A stretch of 63,450 nucleotides of DNA, counting the filler, from Octopus bimaculoides (lineage: Eukaryota), in assembly GCF_001194135.2 (NCBI RefSeq). It is 7 parts of 6 records of this genome, joined end to end, with 100 filler letters (N's around TTAATTAATTAA, not from the genome) between each part and the next. Parts side by side here need not be neighbours in the genome. Positions count along the whole stretch, not along the records: positions 41,367 to 56,306 come from NC_068988.1; positions 56,407 to 58,485 come from NW_026423281.1; positions 58,586 to 62,260 come from NC_068988.1; positions 62,361 to 63,450 come from NW_026355800.1; 3 more parts are not named here. One strand, given 5' to 3'. Position numbers and translations under genes: made by a program. Shown here in pieces: positions 52,781 through 63,450 of the stretch (position 1 is its first letter; each line of letters starts with the position of its first letter). The notes under the pieces were generated by a model. It searched no databases. It saw nothing but the letters and a program-made list of their open reading frames with translations, and had not been told where the DNA came from.

Positions 52781-54204
52781 TGAAAAGAAAAATCGTTGCA
52801 GCGCAAGCGGCGCTGCATTCTGCGGATTCATTTGCAATCTGTGGCTACGGCCACGCTGACAGATTCAGTCTAGTAGTGGGTGATTGTGTAAGGCCGCAGG
52901 AGAAGCTTTAACCATAATGGAGTTGCTCTATCAAATCATTGCTCATTCACTTTGCATTAGCACTCAAAGTAGTTTCTAAATGAAGAAGGTGAACAGTCAA
53001 TAAAGTTGAAATTTTTGTCCAACACACAGTGGGTCGGTCAGCATGGTTTCCAAGAAGACAAAACTGAACAATTTACCATCGCTTTTGGGAAATTTGGTGG
53101 TCAGTAAAGTTGCAGAAGTTTCATCAATTTTCATCACTGAAACCGTCATGTCAAGGAATGGATTTGCTCAGAGCGCTGATATCACTTTTTCTGGATACAT
53201 CTGTTTTATTATAAAGAGCTTTCGTATTTTGAAATTCTCAAAGTGATAGTTTCTCAACATTGGTGGTGGCAGAATCATAACAAAGCCATGTCAACTGAAA
53301 GAGGATGACCTGAAGACAGTTTCGAGGTGCAAATTGTTTCATTGGGTGGATGTTACACATTTGGAACTCCCTGAGTCACTTAAGATCGTGCATCCCTACG
53401 GAGATGAACAGTTTAAACTGCTTCAAATTGCTGTAATGCAATCTGTACGCAGTGCAGGTTGTAAATGCAGTTTTCTAGACTGCAGATAATAATATCTATC
53501 TTCTGGATTCCACGCCGAACAACAGATTGGACAATTTAGGCACAACTGCCTTGAAGAAACGGCGTGCCGAAGTCCTGAATTAACCTTCATTTCTCAAAAA
53601 TACATCGAATGAGAGAATTACTGTTTAGTTATTTTTGCTTCTGTAACTAGAAATAGACATTGTTAACTTTCATGTTTCATTTTTATTTTTATTTACTGGG
53701 CATTTGTAAAAGTCGGACTTTGGGTGACCTCAGTATATTCAACATACTATTCAAACGCACGCCTCTACGAACAAAGGAAGAAAACCGACAAAAGAATTCT
53801 AAAAAAAAACTGCGCTACCCATAGACGTACAGATAAAATTTTGTTGAGAAGAACCTTGGCTTTTTGCTCGTATTTTGCCCCGAAATTTTGCCCGAAAATT
53901 CGAGCCCTACTTGAATCAGAGATGGATGTTACACCAACATTGTACACCGATAACAGTACATTAAAGTAAAATATAAATGTAAAAAAAGCTCAACGAGGGA
54001 AATATAAAGAAGATAAAGTAGAAAGGTTAACTAAGAGAAAAAGACAGAAAACGGTAACCTTATTTATTAACAAAAAGAAAGCGAAAAAGAAAATAGCGGG
54101 AAATATTCATGTTAACAAACGACAATAATTCAAGGCATAGTTTCACCGCAGGGTAAGCGACGATGAAGTAGGAAGTAAAATATGTACTCTTAGATAATCC
54201 TTAC

Positions 54205-54370
54205 TACTAAAGGCACAAGGCCTGAAATTTTGTGGGAGGGGACTAGTCGATTATATCGACCCCAGTGTTTCACTGATATGTGTTTTATTGGCCCCGAAAG
54301 GATGAAAGGCACAGTCGACCTCGGCGGAATTTGAACTTAGGACGTAAAGACGGGTGTGCTAACGGCTCTG
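54205..54370 (-). mobile_element. SINE family A, partial
   Basis: Reverse complement of the core and tail. Confidence 0.75.
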
Positions 54371-54523
54371 ACATATGTACTCTTACTTAAGGACAATGGC
54401 ACAATATTACACAACTGTGAGCTGGATATTGCGAGTAATTTCACTAAGACGACGGTCAAAAGAGTGAACTTACCAATGATGCTAATCGGGGTTCGCTAAC
54501 TAATTAAAAGTGAAAGAGAGAGA

Positions 54524-54584
<61 letters not shown>

Positions 54585-54876
54585 NNNNNNNNNNNNNNNN
54601 NNNNNNNNNNNNNNNNNNNNNNNNNNNNNNNNNNNNNNNNNNNNNNNNNNNNNNNNNNNNNNNNNNNNNNNNNNNNNNNNNNNNNNNNNNNNNNNNNNNN
54701 NNNNNNNNNNNNNNNNNNNNNNNNNNNNNNNNNNNNNNNNNNNNNNNNNNNNNNNNNNNNNNNNNNNNNNNNNNNNNNNNNNNNNNNNNNNNNNNNNNNN
54801 NNNNNNNNNNNNNNNNNNNNNNNNNNNNNNNNNNNNNNNNNNNNNNNNNNNNNNNNNNNNNNNNNNNNNNNNNNNN

Positions 54877-54951
<75 letters not shown>

Positions 54952-55946
54952 CTTATGAATATATGCAGGTCCATAACTAATTTATATTCAAATACATGTA
55001 CATACATGTACGCATGCATACTTAATATGTACATATATATACCCGCAAAATTTACTAGTGTGTGTGTGCGTCTGTGTCCGTGTGTGCGCGCGTGCGCATG
55101 TATGCGTGTGTGTGTGTGTGTGTGTATACACTTACACACACATATATACAAACACACACACTCACAGATACACATGCACATAAATGTCAAAAATTACAGG
55201 CATATCTCTCAACCTTTTCATGATATACCTGTAATGTTAAAAATTACAGGTATATCTCTCGACCTTTTCATATCAAGAAGGTCATAGAACGACATATCAG
55301 AGTAAAACAGATGATGTTTTAAGAGAGGAATGAATGCTTTGGTAATTAAGTTCATAGCTTCTTTCTATGAAGAAACAACAGCATTAGACGCGCGCGTGCG
55401 CGTGTAATTGTTGAGACTGCTACTTTGCTAATCAAATGTAGTTGGACATTATGTAAGCTGCCGATAATTTAGCTCATATCTCTCAACTTGGAAAACTGAG
55501 TTGCTGTATGACTCCTTTTAGCATAGAAGTCATTTCATCTCCAGTTAACAATCTGGAGGCCATTAACCCTTCTCATTAACTTGGCCTCCAGAGAATTCAG
55601 ACCTTTGGAGATATTTGCTTCCAGGTGACTTTAGCATTACCAAGTTTACTTTGAACTGAATACAACCCAAAAGTCCTATATAAAATAGATCTTTTTCAAA
55701 TACGATTTGAACTACAGGGAGAATTGTTAAATCTTTAAGATTTTACATTTCCGGGATTTGTATAGTTCTCAGGGCAAAAGTTTGGTACCAGTCCGTCTAA
55801 GATCTCCCTAATATATATTATTTATACAAACACAGTTCATGTAACATAGCTAAAGGAATCTTGTAAGTTTGCTGGATTGGAATACAAAAAACAATTGCAA
55901 CATGAGTTTTGCCATTGTTAACATATATGTTGATTTTCCTTCTTTT

Positions 55947-56055
<109 letters not shown>

Positions 56056-56224
56056 TTTGTTTTTACTTGCAAATTATGCTGCAAAAATTTTTAACAATCT
56101 CTTAAAATATTTTGAATGTTTTGAAAATGAGTTTTGAGATGTGCATTAATGGGGTAGCATATGGACAACTTAGCTTTTGCCGTTTCAACTAAATAATTCT
56201 AGCTATGAAGAACAATGCCAACAG

Positions 56225-56306
<82 letters not shown>

Positions 56307-56759
56307 NNNNNNNNNNNNNNNNNNNNNNNNNNNNNNNNNNNNNNNNNNNNTTAATTAATTAANNNNNNNNNNNNNNNNNNNNNNNNNNNNNNNNNNNNNN
56401 NNNNNNATGGACAGATAGTAAATTAGATAGATAGATAGATAGATATATAGATAGATAGATAGATAGAAGTGAAATGGAAGTAGCTGCGGTCATTTTCGAA
56501 GATCCCGACACACATCAACGCTTCACACCCTGTATTGGTTTGTTTACGTCCCCGTAACTTAGAAGTTCGAAAAAAAAAAAAAAAGACACCGGTAGAATAA
56601 GTGCTAGGCTTAACCAAAAAATAAGTACTGCGGTCGACTTCGGTGCTGCAGCATGGCCGCAGACGAATGACTAAAGCAAGTAAAAGCGAATAAAAGAAAA
56701 GAAAATTATGTTATAAGGCGCCAAACTATTTCTGCAAATGAATATATTGAGTATAGTGT

Positions 56760-56822
<63 letters not shown>

Positions 56823-59800
56823 TATTTCTGTGTGTTCGTAAGTATATATATATATATATATATATATATCTGTTATTTTTTTTTATTTAAGCGCCCTTTT
56901 AAAGCCTAGCCAGGCTCATGGGCCCGGTTTCCCGGTTTCTATGGCGTATGTGTTATATATATATATAGGTACAGACATGACTGTGTGGTTTAAAGGCTCG
57001 CTTTCCAACGACGTGATTTTAAATTTAGTCACCTTGATGCTTTCTGTTAAGCTCCCGGCCCGACAAATACCTTTTGAGTAAATTTGGTAGTCGGAAACTG
57101 CGTGGAAGCCCGTCATATATATATAACAAAAGAAGACACTTGTTCAAGGCGCTGCACAGAGGGCCCCGAACGAATCCGAAACCGCTATAAAGAAACAAAT
57201 ATAGCGGTAGACAACCACCAGAATGAGCACCCTACTATAACAGCTGGGTCGACACTGGAGAAGGCTTTCCTTAATCGGTTGTGGTAATTAAATCATCCCC
57301 ACACAATACAAGTTCCTTTCTAAATTGAAAGTGAAATATAGACGCAACATATTTATCTCCAGTCTCTGGGTGTGGCATATTTAGTTCCATTGAAAAATTA
57401 GAAATGTTTTGTCACTTAAATCTGTTTTAATCCCTTCCAGATTTGTGGGTTTAAAAACAGATATAATGTAATTTTTCAAACGAATATCATTCATAATAAA
57501 AACGGCAAGCTCTAGGGTGGAGGGGGGTCGATGTACCCCCTCCCTCGACTTAACCCTTTTCTTGAACTTTACTGGCTTTATGCCAAAATTTGAAATCAGT
57601 AATTCTTCTTCTTCTTCTTCTTCTTCTTCTTCTTCTTCTTCTTCTTCTTCTTCTTCTTCTTCTTCTTCTTCTTNNNNNNNNNNNNNNNNNNNNNNNNNNN
57701 NNNNNNNNNNNNNNNNNNNNNNNNNNNNNNNNNNNNNNNNNNNNNNNNNNNNNNNNNNNNNNNNNNNNNNNNNNNNNNNNNNNNNNNNNNNNNNNNNNNN
57801 NNNNAAATTCCACCGAGGTCGGCTTTGCCTTTCATACTTTTGGTGTCGATAAAATAAATACCAGTCACTTCAAACTGACCGAAACCTTGTGAGGGGATTT
57901 GGCAGACGGAAACTGAAAGAAGCCTCTGACAAGCAGACACATATATTATGTGTTTGTGTGTTTGTCCACCAGTATCGCTTGACAACCGATGTTGGTGTGT
58001 TTACGCTCCCGAGGCTTAGCGGTTCAGAATAAGTAGCAGGCTTAACAAAAGCCCTAGTACTGATTCATTCGACTAAAAATTCAAGGTGGTGTCCCAGCAT
58101 GGCCGCAGTGTTATGTCTGAAAGAAGTAAAACGTAAAAAAATAATAAGATACGATAAAAAAAAAGATTAAAAAAATACTTGATGACAAACAAATTACTAA
58201 CAATAAACAAGATTATAAACGAGAACGACTTCAATAACAACAAGAACAATATCAACAACTACAGAAGTAGCTCTAGAAATCGCAAAAGCAACAGGGACAA
58301 AAAAGAGAAAGAAAAAAGAGCGAAGATCAGAAACGATAATAACAAATAATTAAATTGCTTTGGCATAGCGACAATCGCAATTGTTTATTTTGTAAACAAA
58401 AATATACGAGATTAAATAAACTATCGACTAAGCGCCTGTATATTATTATTATTATTATTTTATGTTTGACTTTTGTTTTGCATTTNNNNNNNNNNNNNNN
58501 NNNNNNNNNNNNNNNNNNNNNNNNNNNNNTTAATTAATTAANNNNNNNNNNNNNNNNNNNNNNNNNNNNNNNNNNNNNNNNNNNNTGACCCACCGGGAGT
58601 TTTAACAAACGAAGGTAAGAATTGTTTTCTCACGGTTGTAGCAATAGCGAAAGAAGTAGTATGGAAGACGAGGATAAACGGAATTAAGACAGGCAACTTT
58701 ATCTCTGGCCACAATTTACGTTCATTTTTTACTTTTCATTTGAAAAGGAAAGTGTGGCTGGAGAGGAGATGTTTCTCGGATTGTACGTTCCAAAAGAGAT
58801 GGAAGCATGTTGCACGAGTGTTGTGCGTGCAAGGAACCGTGTGAATAGTCAGAAAAAAAAAAGAGAAGAAAAAGGTGCCAGCGATAGATCGGGGCTTGTG
58901 GGATCGGAGCGTGGCCTGATCATCGCTTCATTTGTGTTGTCTAACGTATTGTTAATATCATTCGATTTTTTAATAGTTTATAAAATTTTTAAAGTCATAT
59001 TTATGTAAACCATTTGCATTACTGATCCCAATCATTTGTTTTGTACCATTCTATGTTTGGCCCCCTGTGGGCAATAAAGAAATTGGTATTTCGGCTGCCG
59101 TTACGTTCTTAGTTCAAATTCCACCAAGGACGACTTTGCCGTTCATCCTTTCGCGGTCGATAAATCAAGTACCAGTGAGACAGTCGGAGCAATGTAGTCA
59201 ACTTAATCCCATTATCTGTGCCTGTTTGCCCCCTCTATGTTTAGCCCATTGTGGGCAATAAAGAAATAAGAAACGTTAGCACGCAGGGCGAAATGCTTAG
59301 CGGTATTTCATCTGCCGTTACGTTCTGANNNNNNNNNNGTCGACTTTGCCTTTCATCCTTTCGGGGTCGATTGAATAAGTGCCAGTTACGCACTGGAGTA
59401 GATGTAATCGACTTCATTCCTTTGTCTGTCCTTGTTTGTCCCCTCTATGTTTAGCCCCTTGTGGGCAATAAAAAATAAAATATGGGTGTGTATGTATCCA
59501 TATTTATGTATATGTATGTGTGTATTTTTATATATATGTATACATATGTTTGTATATGTATATGTGCATCAATATGTATATATCTGAATGGGCTTTCTTT
59601 GTTTGTCTTTACACGTATGTGTATGTGTGTGTATTTAGTTGCATATGTATATTTACTTGCACTCATCTTTACAGGTGTTTGTATGTATCTAGTGGGGTAA
59701 TTATGTATTTTTATGTGTGTGAGCGGGTGTATATATATATATATTTGCTTGCGCGTGGTTTCGTGTAAATCTATATGTTTTTGTGTTTTTAAGTCATAAG

Positions 59801-59961
59801 TAGCATGTGTATTTCTTTGAGACAGCCCTAACTATTTTATGGTCCGGGCTGACCGTCTGCTATGATTTAGATCTGTATTTGTCTTACACCTTTACTTTGC
59901 TGTTTATTCTTTCTCATAGCTTTATAATTCAATCATTCCTGTCAATCTCTCTCTCACTCAA

Positions 59962-60039
<78 letters not shown>

Positions 60040-60479
60040 NNNNNNNNNNNNNNNNNNNNNNNNNNNNNNNNNNNNNNNNNNNNNNNNNNNNNNNNNNNNN
60101 NNNNNNNNNNNNNNNNNNNNNNNNNNNNNNNNNNNNNNNNNNNNNNNNNNNNNNNNNNNNNNNNNNNNNNNNNNNNNNNNNNNNNNNNNNNNNNNNNNNN
60201 NNNNNNNNNNNNNNNNNNNNNNNNNNNNNNNNNNNNNNNNNNNNNNNNNNNNNNNNNNNNNNNNNNNNNNNNNNNNNNNNNNNNNNNNNNNNNNNNNNNN
60301 NNNNNNNNNNNNNNNNNNNNNNNNNNNNNNNNNNNNNNNNNNNNNNNNNNNNNNNNNNNNNNNNNNNNNNNNNNNNNNNNNNNNNNNNNNNNNNNNNNNN
60401 NNNNNNNNNNNNNNNNNNNNNNNNNNNNNNNNNNNNNNNNNNNNNNNNNNNNNNNNNNNNNNNNNNNNNNNNNACTCGC

Positions 60480-60513
<34 letters not shown>

Positions 60514-60730
60514 GTGTGTGTGTATATGTTTGTGTGTCTGTGTGCCCCCGACATCGCTTGACAACCGATAGTGTGTTTAAGTCCCCGTAACCTAGCGGTT
60601 CGGCGAAAGAGACCGACAGAATAAGTATTAGGCATCCAAAGAATAAGACCTTGGGTCGATTTGCTCGACTAAAGGCGGTGCTCCAGCTTGGCCGCAGTCA
60701 GATAACTGAAACAAGTAAAAGAGTAAGAGT
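60480..60730 (+). mobile_element. SINE family B 3' half
   Basis: gtgcccccgacatcgcttgacaaccg...ccccgtaacctagcggttcggc...aaacaagtaaaagag. Confidence 0.8.
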
Positions 60731-61013
60731 AAAGAGAGTACGCAAATAATAATTACATAGAAGTCAGAGAGAGGGGAGACATCTCTCTGCCTTTCTCTCT
60801 CTGGATCACATTTGTTATTTTTGTGACCTGTGGTCTTTTGTACAGTCTATGTCTGTACCGTTTCAATTAAAGCATATGTAAGTTTGGCAATACGCAGATA
60901 GATTGATAGATAGTTAGATGGTTGACAGACAGACGGACAAGCAGAAAGAGAGAGGCAGACCAACAGACAGATAGATTGACAGATAAACAGACAGACAGAC
61001 AGATAGATAAATG

Positions 61014-61066
<53 letters not shown>

Positions 61067-62403
61067 ACAGACAGACATTGTAATAGTGGCTAATATGTGC
61101 TCTTCCTTTCTTGTCCTTCCTCATATATCTATCACAATAATTACGGATAACTGTATGGAACATATGTAGATATTAATGTATATTAACTTGCTTTTACGTT
61201 TAGCACATTGTAACATATATCTAAAATTAATATATCTCTCATTTTTACATAAATATTTCCGTAACAGATGAGGTTTGTTATCCGTTGTACTGCAAATTTT
61301 CAGGTATAGGTTAATTCACTTTTCGGTGTGTCTACTCGCAAGACATCTCATAATGATAAAAAAGCTAATTATCTAGTATATATATATATTGTTTTACACA
61401 TGAGACATATTTCATTTATAAGAAGGATAGAAATATGTGCTTATACGCATATGTTCTGTTATATTATTCTGTGAAATTCTATTTTAAAATTACCTTAAGT
61501 TTTATTAAGTAAAAGAAGAAATATGTATCCAAAGAATATGGTTCCATAAGATTTCTCGTGTGATTTCCGAGGCTTACGATTATTTTTTTTATTTTTTCTT
61601 TTTTTAATTTTTTTTTTTTTCATTTATGCCTAGTTTTATCAACGGATAAAATAAGAATGTTTGCAGGAAAAGCAAAACTTCCTGACATTATAAATATCGG
61701 TGTAAACATAGCCAACAATTTCTAAGTTACACCTGCCATCGTCTCCCCTTTCTTCATTATAAGCATTTTCGATTTCCCAAAAGAAATAAATACTACTCTC
61801 ATTTATAGATTCCAGGTATACAATATCTTAATCTCAACAAAAATTTTAAATCATTACCGATATGTTTAGAGAAGAGCCGATTTACAATCCGATAATGGTG
61901 CTAGAGGAGGATTAGTGAACTTAACTAAATTTCCCATGGTACGTGTGCTTTTATTAGTCATTCGCCATAATGTTGAGTGATACACAAGACGGGTAGATAA
62001 GAAGCCATGAGCAATCTGAATTTAGTGTAGCGAACTCTAATTAACAGATATATAATCAAGAAAGTCCCAAAATACACGCGTGTGTGCATGAGCAGACGTG
62101 TACGATATATATGTGTATGTTTCTATAAAGTTGTGTCTGTGCCAGTGTGTGTTTGAACGTATTTATACCGCCCTCTCAATATGTGTATACAAGTAGAGTT
62201 ATACATACGTATATATGTATACATAGATACATCCATCCATCCATATAAACATTTATATATNNNNNNNNNNNNNNNNNNNNNNNNNNNNNNNNNNNNNNNN
62301 NNNNTTAATTAATTAANNNNNNNNNNNNNNNNNNNNNNNNNNNNNNNNNNNNNNNNNNNNAGCTGTGAAACATTTGAAAGAAATAATTGATAAAAAATGA
62401 AAT

Positions 62404-63450
<1,047 letters not shown>

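Overview
AT-rich eukaryotic DNA, dense in microsatellites and gaps. It is most likely octopus (coleoid cephalopod), inferred from the [11 protein letters not shown]-type C2H2 zinc-finger array and the tRNA-headed SINE families. Almost all ORFs in the supplied track are microsatellite or N artefacts. The real coding content, read by hand, is: (1) a four-exon gene on the minus strand (24642 to 4151, continuing off the left edge) that the ORF track misses entirely. Its splice phases chain correctly and give a signal-peptide-bearing secreted protein that resembles, from memory, the N-terminal half of an uncharacterised zincin-like metallopeptidase family with bacterial relatives. (2) A single intact 195-nt nitric oxide synthase (NOS) oxygenase-domain exon on the minus strand, 2.5 kb upstream of that gene, with no other NOS exon findable in about 27 kb downstream or 36 kb upstream. 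(3) A C2H2 zinc-finger array at the right edge whose 5' fingers are broken, while a frameshift puts an ATG in frame with intact 3' fingers. The rest is transposon debris (Penelope, Helitron, CR1/L2-group, RTE, R4/Dong and HERO retroelements, mariner and DD37D transposons, MITEs, four SINE families), simple repeats and assembly gaps. Boundaries of mobile elements are approximate. No database search was run; family calls rest on motif recognition.
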